DNA from: Pseudomonadales bacterium
GTDB lineage: Bacteria > Pseudomonadota > Gammaproteobacteria > Pseudomonadales > Azotimanducaceae
NCBI GenBank assembly: GCA_041395945.1
Contig: JAWKZN010000001.1
Location: forward strand, 2,684,403 to 2,748,402
DNA length: 64,000 nt
Reading direction: 5' to 3'
Under the pieces are notes generated by a model. It made no database searches. It was not told the origin of the DNA and was given only the letters and a program-made list of their open reading frames with translations. The position numbers and the translations under genes are program-made. Shown in pieces: positions 25,569-34,779 of the stretch. How positions within the stretch are numbered: position 1 is the stretch's first letter; every line of letters starts with the position of its first letter.

Positions 25569-28067
25569 TCAGGCCAGACCACGCAGCACGGCAACCGGCG
25601 GACTGGCGACGAGCCGACGGGTACCGGCAAGTCCGACCAGCAGGATGATCAGTGCACCGCAGAGCGGGCCGAAGAGCCACAGCCAGGGATGCACCTTCAC
25701 GGTCAGATTAAAGACCTGGCTCTGCAGGATGGCGACGGTGATCTCCGCACCGACCACGGCGACGACGCCTGCGAACAATCCCAGTGCTGCGAATTCCGCT
25801 GCCAGAGAACCGGCAATGAGCCTGCGCGTACCACCGAGTGTGCGGATCAGCGCATGCTCCATCATCCGGCCATCCCGGCTCGCCTGAATGCTGGCGATCA
25901 GCACCAGACATCCGGATGCCAGCACCAGACCCAGCACCAGTTCGACCGCCTGGGTGACCCGATCGATGATGCTGCGGATCTGGGCAACGATCGCGTCCAC
26001 TTCGATCACGGTGATGGTGGGGAATCGGGACAGCAGATCGTTGAGAAAGCGTTTCCTGTCCGGGGTCAGGAAAAAACTGGTCATGTAGGTGGCGGGATAG
26101 TCGCGCAGCGCGGCGGGCGAGAAAATGACGAAGAAATTCGGCCGCATGCTCTCCCAGTCGAGCCGGCGCAGATTACTCACTTCTGCCGTCACCACAGCGC
26201 CACTCACATCGAAGGTCAGCACGTCGCCGATCTTCAGCCCCCGGTCTTCAGCATAGTCGTCTTCGAGGGATACCAGGGACCGGGTTTCCCCGGGTCCCCA
26301 CCACTCACCCGCGACGATGCGGTTGTCTTCGGGCATCTCCGCCGTCCAGGTGAGATTGCGACCGGAGGAAAGCCGGTCACCCTCTTCACCCGACTGGCGT
26401 CTGGCGCTTTCCCACTCCTTCGCGTCCACGCCGTTCACGCCGGTGATTCGACCCCGGATCATCGGATACAGGCCGCCGCGCTGATCGCTGACCGCATCGA
26501 TCATCGCACCGATCTCGGCGACGGCTTCGGGTGTGATGTTCATGACAAAGTGATTGGGCGCATCCTCGGGCACCTGGCCGCGCCATTCATCAATCAGCGC
26601 CGTGCGCAACAGGAACAGGATCAGCAGCAGCATGATCGCCAGGCCGAAAATCAGGATCTGGGCAATGTTCTCCCTGCGCCGGCGCTGGAGGCCGGCGAGC
26701 GCCAGACGCAGGCCACTGCCCGCCTGCATGCCGGCGACCCGGCCACCTTTGAGCAGCAGCGATGCCAGTGCATAGAACACCACCAGCACACCGAGGGTGC
26801 CCGTGAGCGTCCACAGGGTGAGGAGCAGATTACCGCTGTACCAGATGAGCAGGATCAGACTGCCGGCAATTGCCCCGGCGTAGCTGAGAATCTGGCTTGC
26901 CGGTGCCGCGCCAACATCCCGGCGGATGACTCGCATCGGCGAGACGTTCTTCAGATGCAGCAGGGGGGGCAGCGCAAAGGCCACTGCGCAGATCAGACCG
27001 GTGGCGGCACCAAGCAGCCAGGGGCGGGCGCTGGGCATCGGCAGCGCGACCGGAATCAGGCTGTCCAGCATGGCGACGATGATCAGATGCAGACCACTGC
27101 CAATCAGCAGGCCGAAGGCAACGGCGATGGCGCCGATGACGGTGAGCAGAGCGAGATAGCCCGTGAGAATGGCGGATGGTGTGGCGCCCAGGGTTTTGAG
27201 GATGCCTACGTGATCATAATGCCGGCTGGCATAGCGATGTGCGCTGAGTGCCACCGCCACACCTGCGAGCAGCACGCCGAGCAGACTGCCCAGCAGCAGA
27301 AAACTCTCCGCACGGTCGAGCGCCGAGCCGATGTTCGGACTGCTTTCCCGGATTCCCCGCCACCAGTAGTTCGGCTCGTTATCGAGATCCAGCGCATCCT
27401 TGAGTGCTTCGAGATCCCCAGCGTCTCCGCGCAGCAGCAGACGATACGAGAGTCGGCTGCCAGGCTGCACGACTTCGGTCGCCGGCACATCCGACAGCCG
27501 CATCAGCAGCCGGGGGCCGAGGTCATACATGCTGCCACCCCGGTCCGGCTCCAGCGTCAGCACCTTGGTGACTCGCAGTCGTGCGAGACCGACTTCGACC
27601 TCGTCGCCGAGTTTCACCTCCAGCGCGGGAAACAGACGGGAGTCCATCCACACTTCACCCGGCGCGGGGAGGCTGTCGACAAACTGGCCACGCTCAAAAG
27701 GCACGTCGGAAACCGCCAGCGTACCGCGCAGCGGGTAGCCGTCGCCGACGGCTTTCACACTCACCAGCTGATTGCGCTCGTCACTGGCAAAGACCATGGA
27801 TGGGAAGGACAGTGTGTCTGCGATATCGAGATTGCGCTCCCGCGCCGCATCACGAAACCGCTCAGGAATTTCGTCCGAACTGCCGATGTAACGGTCGGCT
27901 GCAAGAAAGGTCGCACTCTCACTGATCAGCGCCTGTTGGAGTCTATCCACAAACAGGCTTACAGACGTGACCGTGCCGACCGCCACCATCAGGGCGATAA
28001 CGAGCAGGGTGAGCTCCCCACTGCGCCAGTCCCGCCAGGCCATCCGCAGCACAAGTCTGATATTCAT
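25569..28067 (-). CDS. ybbP: FtsX-family ABC transporter permease, YbbP-type (832 aa, duplicated FtsX modules)
   Basis: Large polytopic protein. ATGA-coupled to ybbA and divergent from tesA, the same arrangement as tesA-ybbA-ybbP in E. coli. Confidence 0.85.
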   Translation of the reverse strand: MNIRLVLRMAWRDWRSGELTLLVIALMVAVGTVTSVSLFVDRLQQALISESATFLAADRYIGSSDEIPERFRDAARERNLDIADTLSFPSMVFASDERNQLVSVKAVGDGYPLRGTLAVSDVPFERGQFVDSLPAPGEVWMDSRLFPALEVKLGDEVEVGLARLRVTKVLTLEPDRGGSMYDLGPRLLMRLSDVPATEVVQPGSRLSYRLLLRGDAGDLEALKDALDLDNEPNYWWRGIRESSPNIGSALDRAESFLLLGSLLGVLLAGVAVALSAHRYASRHYDHVGILKTLGATPSAILTGYLALLTVIGAIAVAFGLLIGSGLHLIIVAMLDSLIPVALPMPSARPWLLGAATGLICAVAFALPPLLHLKNVSPMRVIRRDVGAAPASQILSYAGAIAGSLILLIWYSGNLLLTLWTLTGTLGVLVVFYALASLLLKGGRVAGMQAGSGLRLALAGLQRRRRENIAQILIFGLAIMLLLILFLLRTALIDEWRGQVPEDAPNHFVMNITPEAVAEIGAMIDAVSDQRGGLYPMIRGRITGVNGVDAKEWESARRQSGEEGDRLSSGRNLTWTAEMPEDNRIVAGEWWGPGETRSLVSLEDDYAEDRGLKIGDVLTFDVSGAVVTAEVSNLRRLDWESMRPNFFVIFSPAALRDYPATYMTSFFLTPDRKRFLNDLLSRFPTITVIEVDAIVAQIRSIIDRVTQAVELVLGLVLASGCLVLIASIQASRDGRMMEHALIRTLGGTRRLIAGSLAAEFAALGLFAGVVAVVGAEITVAILQSQVFNLTVKVHPWLWLFGPLCGALIILLVGLAGTRRLVASPPVAVLRGLA

Positions 28068-28735
28068 TGCACCAGGCGTCCCGCTTCAATCTCGATCACC
28101 CGCTCGCAACGGGTAGCCAGCCGGTCATCGTGGGTGACCAGGACAAGCGTGGTCCCGAACTCCGCATTGAGCCCGAACAGCAGGTCGATGATCTTCTGAC
28201 CTGTCGCCGTGTCCAGATTGCCGGTGGGTTCATCCGCGAAAAGTACGTTCGGCTGGGAGGCAAAGGCCCGGGCAATCGCGACCCGCTGCTGCTCTCCGCC
28301 GGATAACTGCCTGGGGTAGTGGCCGGTGCGCTCAGCGAGACCGACTTTCTCGAGCAGTGCCCGGGCCTGGGGCTCAGCGCGCCCGTCCCCTTTCAGCTCC
28401 GCTGGCAGCATCACGTTTTCCAGTGCAGTCAGGCTGCCGAGCAGCTGAAAGGTCTGAAACACGAAGCCGACCTGCTCGCCTCTAATTCTCGCCCGCTCCT
28501 CTTCATCCAGCGATGTCAGTTCGACGCCGCAGAGTTGTACTTTACCGGCACTCGGGACATCGAGACCGGCGAGAATGCCGAGCAGCGTGGTTTTTCCGGA
28601 ACCGGAAGCACCGACGATGGCGACGGACTCCCCTGCGTTGATTTCCAGATCGATGGCATCCAAGATGCACAGCTCGGATTCTGCAGTAGGCACGGTCTTC
28701 GTGACGCCTTCGGTTTTGATAACCAGACGATTCAT
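28064..28735 (-). CDS. ybbA: ABC transporter ATP-binding protein YbbA
   Basis: Walker [10 protein letters not shown], signature [14 protein letters not shown], Walker [13 protein letters not shown]. Collinear with E. coli YbbA as recalled. Confidence 0.95.
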   Translation of the reverse strand: MNRLVIKTEGVTKTVPTAESELCILDAIDLEINAGESVAIVGASGSGKTTLLGILAGLDVPSAGKVQLCGVELTSLDEEERARIRGEQVGFVFQTFQLLGSLTALENVMLPAELKGDGRAEPQARALLEKVGLAERTGHYPRQLSGGEQQRVAIARAFASQPNVLFADEPTGNLDTATGQKIIDLLFGLNAEFGTTLVLVTHDDRLATRCERVIEIEAGRLVQ

Positions 28736-28817
28736 AGATTTCCTGACTGATTCTGAGTGTGCCGCTCACCGCACCCGGCGTTCGGCCCGGGCAGCGGGGT
28801 GTAAACCTCTGTCCGGA

Positions 28818-29426
28818 ATGTTGGCGGTGCTGTGTCTGCTGATGCTCTCAGCACCCGCACAGGCACGGAATACCATCCTGGTGCTCGGCGACAGTATCAG
28901 CGCCGCTTACGGGATTCAACGCGAAGAGGGCTGGGTGCACCTGCTCGAAGCGCGCCTGGCCAGGCTGGAGTGCGAGTGGCGGGTGGTGAACGCCAGCCTG
29001 ACCGGAGAAACCACCGGTGGTGGACTGGCCCGACTGCCCGCCGCCCTGGAGAGTCACGATCCCGCTGTGGTGGTGATCGAACTCGGCGGCAACGACGGCC
29101 TGCGTGGCTATCCCGTGGCCCGGATAAAAGAGAATCTCGAGCGCATGGTGACACTGGCGCTGGCGGGCGGGCGTCGTGTGCTGCTGGTAGGCATGCAGAT
29201 TCCGCCCAACTATGGCCCACGGTATACCCGGGCCTTCTCCGGCATGTACAGCGACATCGCGCAATCCCGGGGGGTGGAACTGGTTCCCTTCCTGCTGGAA
29301 AAGGTCGCGCTGCAGCCCGAGCTGATGCAGAGCGATGGTATTCATCCCTCCGCTGAGGCACAGCCTGCGTTGCTGGACGAGATCTGGAGCAGCCTCGCGC
29401 CGCTGCTCACGAAAACCGAACTCTGA
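28818..29426 (+). CDS. tesA: SGNH/GDSL arylesterase - acyl-CoA thioesterase I / lysophospholipase L1
   Basis: Internal ATG 28818 starts the signal peptide MLAVLCLLMLSAPAQA. GDSISAAYG block I, GGNDGLRG block, DGIHPS block V. The longer track ORF (from 28575) is antisense overlap with ybbA. Confidence 0.9.
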   Translation: MLAVLCLLMLSAPAQARNTILVLGDSISAAYGIQREEGWVHLLEARLARLECEWRVVNASLTGETTGGGLARLPAALESHDPAVVVIELGGNDGLRGYPVARIKENLERMVTLALAGGRRVLLVGMQIPPNYGPRYTRAFSGMYSDIAQSRGVELVPFLLEKVALQPELMQSDGIHPSAEAQPALLDEIWSSLAPLLTKTEL

Positions 29427-29429
29427 TCA

Positions 29430-29486
29430 GCCGCCTGGTGGCGGCGAACCCGGGCAGCCTCTCAGCAGCCCTTTACCGCGAGGCTG
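29430..29486. terminator. two GC hairpins in the convergent tesA / trhO gap (possible bidirectional terminator)
   Basis: GCCGCC-TGGT-GGCGGC (29430-29445) and CAGCCTC-N18-GAGGCTG (29455-29486). Neither is followed by a clear T-run. Confidence 0.25.
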
Positions 29487-29488
29487 AA

Positions 29489-30433
29489 TTACTCTGAAGC
29501 TTCCTCATTCTCCCGCAGCCGGCCGCTATCGGCACTCTGCGCCAGGCCGACGTGCTGTGTGCCCCGTTGCTGCGCAAGCAGTACCTGACGCCGCCGCTCC
29601 CGGAAGCGGGCCGTCTGCTGTTCGGAAAGCCTGTGCGCACAATGGGGGCAACTTACGCCTTCGACATAGTCGGCTGATCGCATATCCGCAGGGCTCAGGG
29701 CACGCCGGCAGGCATAGCACTGCCCGAAAGATCCTTCCGCAAGACTTTCACTCACCGAAACCCGCTGATCGAACACGAAGCACTCACCCTGCCAGCGGTT
29801 TTCTTCCGGGTCGACCGTCTCCAGATATTTCAGCACCCCGCCATCGAGCTGATAAACCTCACTGAACCCCTGTTCCAGCAGATAGGCGGAAGCCTTCTCG
29901 CAGCGGATACCCCCCGTGCAGAACATGGCGACCCGGGAATGGCGGACGGGATCCAGCTCCCGGTCCACGAATCCCGGAAATTCCCGGAAGGTGCGGGTGC
30001 CTGGATCCACGGCTGCGGGAAAACTGCCGACTTCGATTTCGTAGGAATTGCGGGTGTCGATCACCAGCACGTCCGGGTCTTCCAGCAGCCTGTTCCAGGC
30101 AGGCGCGTCCACATGCACACCGGTGCGCAGGGCAGGCCGCACGGGTACACCCAGGCTGACGATTTCCGGCCGAATCCGTACCTTCAGCCGATAGAAGACC
30201 CGGTTTTCCTTTGACGCCGCCGAATACCGGCACTGCATGCCGGCGAAAGGCTGCGCAGCGGTCAGCCACTCGCCAAAGCGCACCAGGTTTTCGTGGGTAC
30301 CGGTCAGGGTTCCGTTGATACCTTCGGCTGCCAGCAGGACGGTGCCCCGAAGCCCCCGCGCCGCCGCCTCGTCTTCGATCTGCTCCCGCCAGTCTTCCAG
30401 CGCGTCGAGCGGCACGAAACGATAGAAGGTCAT
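29489..30433 (-). CDS. trhO: rhodanese-domain tRNA uridine(34) hydroxylase (YceA/TrhO, UPF0176)
   Basis: Start ATG 30433 (MTFYRFVPL...). AEGINGT motif, rhodanese active-site loop MFCTGGIRCEKA, C-terminal Cys cluster CYACRR...CPHC. Confidence 0.85.
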   Translation of the reverse strand: MTFYRFVPLDALEDWREQIEDEAAARGLRGTVLLAAEGINGTLTGTHENLVRFGEWLTAAQPFAGMQCRYSAASKENRVFYRLKVRIRPEIVSLGVPVRPALRTGVHVDAPAWNRLLEDPDVLVIDTRNSYEIEVGSFPAAVDPGTRTFREFPGFVDRELDPVRHSRVAMFCTGGIRCEKASAYLLEQGFSEVYQLDGGVLKYLETVDPEENRWQGECFVFDQRVSVSESLAEGSFGQCYACRRALSPADMRSADYVEGVSCPHCAHRLSEQQTARFRERRRQVLLAQQRGTQHVGLAQSADSGRLRENEEASE

Positions 30434-30453
30434 CACATTGTCGCCACCGGAGT

Positions 30454-30783
30454 TCACGGCTGTTGCGCCTTGCCACCCAGACAGGGAGGTGAAAGGGGTG
30501 CCGCGCCGAAACGCTGGCGCCACTCCGCTTCGGTGTAGGTGTGGATCGCCAGCGCATGCAGGCCGGCGGTAAATTCATCTGCCAGACACTCGTTTACCAG
30601 GCGATGACGGGCAAGCATGGGCCTGGCTTCGAATTCCGGAGACACGAGGACGACTTTGAAATGACTTTCCGAACCGGCCGGCACGTTATGGCCGCCGCTT
30701 TCATTGACGACTTCCAGATGCAGCAGCTCAAAGCGCTGACTGAGGCGCTCCTCAATGCGTGCCGCTCTGGTAGCGCCGCCCAC
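30454..30783 (-). CDS. bolA: BolA family protein
   Basis: GTG start. HNVPAGSESHFKVVLVSPEF...HALAIHTYTEAEW...SPPCLGG closely parallels E. coli BolA as recalled. Confidence 0.9.
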   Translation of the reverse strand: MGGATRAARIEERLSQRFELLHLEVVNESGGHNVPAGSESHFKVVLVSPEFEARPMLARHRLVNECLADEFTAGLHALAIHTYTEAEWRQRFGAAPLSPPCLGGKAQQP

Positions 30784-30785
30784 GG

Positions 30786-31520
30786 TTATTGCACCGCCCG
30801 GATCAGCAGTACCGACACATTGTCGTGCCCGCCCGCGGAGTTGGCCGCGCTCACCAGAGCATCCGCGACTGCCTCCAGATCTCCTGCGCCGGACTCATCG
30901 ATGTGGGGGAGCAACAGCTTGTAGATCTCATCGTCGCTGAGCATGTCGGTGAGGCCGTCGCTGCACAGAAGAAACAGGTCTCCCTCGCCGTGTACCCAGG
31001 AGCGGACGTCCACTTCCACCGAGCTTTCCAGTCCGACCGCCCGGGTAATGATGTTCCGATTCGGCGCAACCCTGGCTTCGCCTTCCGAGAGCACCCCTTC
31101 ATCGAGCATCTGCTGGACCACACTGTGGTCAGAGGTCAGTGCTTTGAGGGTGTGGTTGCGCAGGCGGTAGGCGCGGGAGTCGCCGACATGGCCGATGAAA
31201 CACTGTCCCTGGGGGGTCAGTGTCCAGACGACGACCGTGGTGCCCATGCCCCCGGTTTCTCCGCGACTGGCGGACTGTTCGAGCACTTCGGCGTTGGCCT
31301 GGTCGATGGCGAGTTCTACAGCGTCTTCGTCGATGCGCTCGCAGGTCTTCAGGGACTTCACAATGGTTTCGACCGCCACCTTACTGGCAACTTCACCGGC
31401 ATTGAGGCCACCCATGCCATCGGCGAGCACGGCGATCGCGAGATCCGTATCGAAACCGATCCGATCCTCATTGTTCTCCCGGACCTGACCGGTGTGCGAG
31501 CGTCCCACAATTTCGATCAC
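30786..31520 (-). CDS. PP2C-family Ser/Thr protein phosphatase
   Basis: RSHTGQVRENNEDR, VLADGMGG, LLCSDGLTD, GGHDNVSVLLI. The stop lies 2 nt before the bolA start. Confidence 0.9.
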   Translation of the reverse strand: MIEIVGRSHTGQVRENNEDRIGFDTDLAIAVLADGMGGLNAGEVASKVAVETIVKSLKTCERIDEDAVELAIDQANAEVLEQSASRGETGGMGTTVVVWTLTPQGQCFIGHVGDSRAYRLRNHTLKALTSDHSVVQQMLDEGVLSEGEARVAPNRNIITRAVGLESSVEVDVRSWVHGEGDLFLLCSDGLTDMLSDDEIYKLLLPHIDESGAGDLEAVADALVSAANSAGGHDNVSVLLIRAVQ

Positions 31521-31721
31521 GTTGCTGATTTTCTCTTCCTTTCCTGTTCCTGCTACCGCGATCGGTTGGCTGAAAACCCATTTCGGTTAGACTAACGCGC
31601 TTTCGTCCCGGCCACGCAGTTTGTCGCAACACACTGTGCGGTTATGTACCCGCATACTGTGGCGGGTTCGGGTGTCGCAGTTGCACGTGCCGCAGACCCG
31701 CGCTTTCAATCGGAAATCCAG

Positions 31722-32498
31722 ATGCTTGCTGTCATATCTCCGGCCAAACGGCTGGACTTCAATCGGGCCGCTCCTGCTGCGAAACATAGCCTGCCAGCTT
31801 TTCTGCCGGAGTCAAAACAACTCGTGGATGTGCTGCGCCAGAAATCTGCTGCTGAGCTGGGCAGGCTCATGCGGATCAGCAGCAGGCTGGCGGACCTGAA
31901 TCATGAGCGATTCGCCCAGTGGCAGACGCCGTTCACCCCGGACAACGCCCGCATCGCAGCCTCCGCATTTCGCGGAGACGTTTACCTGGGTCTGGATACC
32001 GATACCCTCACCACACCCGACCTGAACTGGGCACAGAAACATCTGCGCATCCTCTCCGGCCTCTACGGCCTGCTGAAACCGCTGGATCTCATCCAGCCCT
32101 ATCGGCTGGAGATGGGCACGAGACTGCGCAATCCCCGGGGCGCCGATCTCTATGAGTACTGGCGGGATCCGGTCACCGCAGCACTCGATGAACTGTTACG
32201 CACCCAGCGCCGCCCGGTGCTGGTCAATCTGGCTTCAGCCGAGTATTTCGAGGCCGTGGACACCCGGAAACTGAATACCCGGATCATTACCCCGGTCTTC
32301 AAGGATCTGAAAAACGGTCGTTACAGGTTTCTGTCTTTCTATGCCAAGAAAGCCCGTGGACTGATGGCCCGCTACATCATCCGTAATCGTATCTCCTCCC
32401 CGGGTGCTCTGAAGAAATTCGACGCCGACGGCTACTACTACAGCGCCCGGGACTCCAGGGACGATCACTGGGTGTTCCTCCGCGACCGACCGCGGTGA
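31722..32498 (+). CDS. yaaA: peroxide stress protein YaaA (UPF0246)
   Basis: Start ATG 31722 (MLAVISPAKRLDF). FRGDVYLGLD, LSGLYGLLKPLDLIQPYRLEMG, SFYAKKARGLMARYII. Collinear with E. coli YaaA as recalled. Confidence 0.95.
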   Translation: MLAVISPAKRLDFNRAAPAAKHSLPAFLPESKQLVDVLRQKSAAELGRLMRISSRLADLNHERFAQWQTPFTPDNARIAASAFRGDVYLGLDTDTLTTPDLNWAQKHLRILSGLYGLLKPLDLIQPYRLEMGTRLRNPRGADLYEYWRDPVTAALDELLRTQRRPVLVNLASAEYFEAVDTRKLNTRIITPVFKDLKNGRYRFLSFYAKKARGLMARYIIRNRISSPGALKKFDADGYYYSARDSRDDHWVFLRDRPR

Positions 32499-32500
32499 GC

Positions 32501-32560
32501 GCCCGCGGCGGAAAGTTAACAGCCCGCGGCGGAAGGTAAACAGCCCGCGGCGGCCCGTCA
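32501..32560. repeat. 21-bp tandem repeat (~2.7 units) immediately after the yaaA stop
   Basis: GCCCGCGGCGGAAAGTTAACA (32501-32521), GCCCGCGGCGGAAGGTAAACA (32522-32542), then GCCCGCGGCGGCCCGTCAGAG. Each unit contains the CCGCGG palindrome. Confidence 0.7.
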
Positions 32561-32632
32561 GAGTCCGCTCAACCTGCCTGAACGTTGCTACTTGATTCGA
32601 GCCTCCTTAAGATTCCGGGTCCCAAACTACCG

Positions 32633-32938
32633 ATGGCAACCCGGATGAACCCAGAGACTCAGCAGGCCATCGAAGCTGCCGTTTTCCGCCGTCTTCTGGC
32701 CCACCTCGATGAGCACAGGGAAGTACAGAACATCGATCTGATGAATCTCGCCGGTTTCTGCCGGAACTGCCTGTCGAAATGGTACGTGGCCGCCAGCACC
32801 GAGGCAGGCGAGACTGTCGACTACGACAGCGCCCGCGAGCGCGTGTACGGCATGCCCTATGCCGAGTGGAAGGCCAGGTTCCAGCAGGAAGCCAGCCCGG
32901 ACCAGCTCGAGACCTTTGCCGCGCGGAAACCCGATTGA
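32633..32938 (+). CDS. DUF1244 family protein
   Basis: Start ATG 32633. FRRLLAHLDEHREVQNIDLMNLAGFCRNCLSKWY is typical of DUF1244 as recalled. Its stop overlaps the lepB start (TGATG). Confidence 0.75.
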   Translation: MATRMNPETQQAIEAAVFRRLLAHLDEHREVQNIDLMNLAGFCRNCLSKWYVAASTEAGETVDYDSARERVYGMPYAEWKARFQQEASPDQLETFAARKPD

Positions 32939-33627
32939 TGCGCGTCGACTTCGAAAAAATCTGGCGCGAGTGGCGAAGTTTCATCGTTTTTATCGCCGTG
33001 ATGCTGATCTTCCGCTCTGCTATCGCCGACTGGAACCAGGTGCCGTCCGGATCGATGGTGCCTTCGATTTACATAGGCGACCGGATCGTGGTGGACAAAC
33101 TCGCCTACGATCTGCGGCTGCCATTCACTCATGTCTCCGTCATCCGCTGGGCCGAGCCCGAGCGCGGCGATGTGGTGACCTTCCCCTCTCCGGCAGACGA
33201 GAAACTGCTGGTGAAACGGGTGGTGGGCATTCCCGGCGACATCGTCGAACTGCTCGACAATGAACTTCACATCAACGGCGCCGTCGCCCACTACGAGCCA
33301 CTGGCCGCCGACCTCGTTTCTGCCATTCCAGTCGATGATCGCATCGCCTACCAGTTCCTGACCGAATCCATTCTCGGCAACGAGCGCCGGGTGATGCTGC
33401 ATTCACCCACCTATCGCAGTGCTGCCAGCAATTTCGGACCGGTGGAGGTCCCCCCGGGTCATTACCTGATGATGGGCGACAATCGGGACGACAGCCGGGA
33501 TTCGCGCTATATCGGCTTCGTCAGCCGGGACCGGATTCTCGGCAGAGCAGAAACCGTGGCTTTCTCACTCGACTACGAAAACTACTACCAGCCACGACTC
33601 GACAGATTCTTCACCCCGCTCCCATAG
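32938..33627 (+). CDS. lepB: signal peptidase I (short, single-TM form, 229 aa)
   Basis: Start ATG 32938. SGSMVPS (catalytic Ser box), VKRVVGIPGD (Lys box), GDNRDDSRDSRY (box E). Confidence 0.9.
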   Translation: MRVDFEKIWREWRSFIVFIAVMLIFRSAIADWNQVPSGSMVPSIYIGDRIVVDKLAYDLRLPFTHVSVIRWAEPERGDVVTFPSPADEKLLVKRVVGIPGDIVELLDNELHINGAVAHYEPLAADLVSAIPVDDRIAYQFLTESILGNERRVMLHSPTYRSAASNFGPVEVPPGHYLMMGDNRDDSRDSRYIGFVSRDRILGRAETVAFSLDYENYYQPRLDRFFTPLP

Positions 33628-33677
33628 GAGCGGACCGATCCCATAGGAGCGGACCGATCCCATCGGCGCGGACGCCT
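33621..33677. repeat. 19-bp tandem repeat (2 perfect units plus 1 degenerate) spanning the lepB stop codon
   Basis: CCCATAGGAGCGGACCGAT at 33621-33639 and 33640-33658, then CCCATCGGCGCGGACGCCT at 33659-33677. Confidence 0.7.
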
Positions 33678-33723
33678 GAACCGCACCTCTGGTACCACCC
33701 CGCCGGCACCGGTCCGCGACCAG

Positions 33724-33978
33724 TCAGCGACGCCGGTTCCAGGCCCGACGCAGCAGCCAGAACAGTCCGCCAGCCAGCACTCCGGCCAGCATGAACGCGC
33801 CGACAAACAGCGCACTCACCTGCAGATAACCGAGCAGCTCTGCCTGATCGACGCCGAAGCTGTCCGCCAGCCAGTATATGCCGACGACCACCGCCAGGGC
33901 GGCAAGCAGAATGGTCCGGGTGAGCTGGCGCCCCCGGGCTCGACCCCGGGTCGGCGGTTTCAGCAGCGAATTGACCAT
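33724..33978 (-). CDS. small two-TM membrane protein, unknown function
   Basis: 84-aa ORF 34 nt downstream of the FKBP gene with a GGAAGG RBS. Two hydrophobic spans (ILLAALAVVVGIYWL, VSALFVGAFMLAGVLAGGLFWLL). Arg-rich termini. Confidence 0.45.
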   Translation of the reverse strand: MVNSLLKPPTRGRARGRQLTRTILLAALAVVVGIYWLADSFGVDQAELLGYLQVSALFVGAFMLAGVLAGGLFWLLRRAWNRRR

Positions 33979-34011
33979 GGGCGCAACCTTCCGGCCAGGG
34001 ACGGCTTGCGG

Positions 34012-34779
34012 CTACGAGCCGCCGTCAGCGGACTCGATGGCCAGCAGCTCAACATCGAAAACGAGGGTCGAGTTAGCCGGAATAGGGCCTCTGTCCTGCC
34101 CGCCATAAGCAAGATCCGGTGGCACGAAGAATCGGTATTTGGCGCCCACAGACATCAGTTGCAGACCTTCGGTCCAGCCGCTGATCACACCATTGAGCGG
34201 GAAGCTGGCCGGCTCTCCGCGTTCATAGGAACTGTCGAAAACCGTGCCATCAATCAGGGTGCCGTGATAATGGGTGGTGACCGTGTCCGCGGCGACGGGC
34301 TTCGGACCTTCAGCAGGAGTGAGAATCTGGTACTGCAACCCGGACTCCAGTGTTACCACCCCCTCCCTGGCAGCGTTTTCTTTCAGGAAGCTGTCACCGG
34401 CCACCTGATTCTGCCCCGCCCGGGCAGTCAGAGCCTGCTGCTGGGCAATGGCGAAGGCCTGCAGCGAATCATTGGCCTCCTCCGGGCTCACGGCCTGATC
34501 CCGGTCATTGAGTCGATCGGAAATACCCCGGGCAAAGGCCTCAGCATCGATACTTTCGGCGAAGCGCTGCCGGACATTGCCCGCCATCGTGTAACCGATG
34601 CTGTAACTGGCCTTCTGAGCATCCGTGGCCAGGTTCTGATTCGCGTTGGCTGCAGCTCCGGCGGCCGGCGTGGTGGCGGCGTCCGTATCACTGGTGCCGG
34701 GGCTCTGATCACAGGCACCCAATAGCAGAGTGGTGGCCACGAAAACCATGGATTGAGTCCATTTATTGCCCATTGGCAT
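34012..34779 (-). CDS. FKBP-type peptidyl-prolyl cis-trans isomerase, Mip/FkpA-like lipoprotein
   Basis: Lipobox LLLGAC. FKBP core VTTHYHGTLIDGTVFDSSYERGEPASFPLNGVISGWTEGLQLM...LVFDVELL. Confidence 0.9.
   Translation of the reverse strand: MPMGNKWTQSMVFVATTLLLGACDQSPGTSDTDAATTPAAGAAANANQNLATDAQKASYSIGYTMAGNVRQRFAESIDAEAFARGISDRLNDRDQAVSPEEANDSLQAFAIAQQQALTARAGQNQVAGDSFLKENAAREGVVTLESGLQYQILTPAEGPKPVAADTVTTHYHGTLIDGTVFDSSYERGEPASFPLNGVISGWTEGLQLMSVGAKYRFFVPPDLAYGGQDRGPIPANSTLVFDVELLAIESADGGS

Noticed and set aside
27943-27951. DnaA-box-like CTATCCACA
   Set aside because: It is a single imperfect copy inside the ybbP coding region. There is no cluster of boxes and no AT-rich unwinding element.
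25476-28199. 907-aa plus-strand ORF opposite ybbP/ybbA
   Set aside because: It is an antisense shadow ORF. The product is Arg/Gln/His/Gly-rich with no domain signatures, while the minus strand encodes well-recognised YbbP and YbbA.
25569-29426. tesA divergent from ybbA-ybbP
   Set aside because: This is a conserved, well-known arrangement also found in E. coli, so it is not novel.
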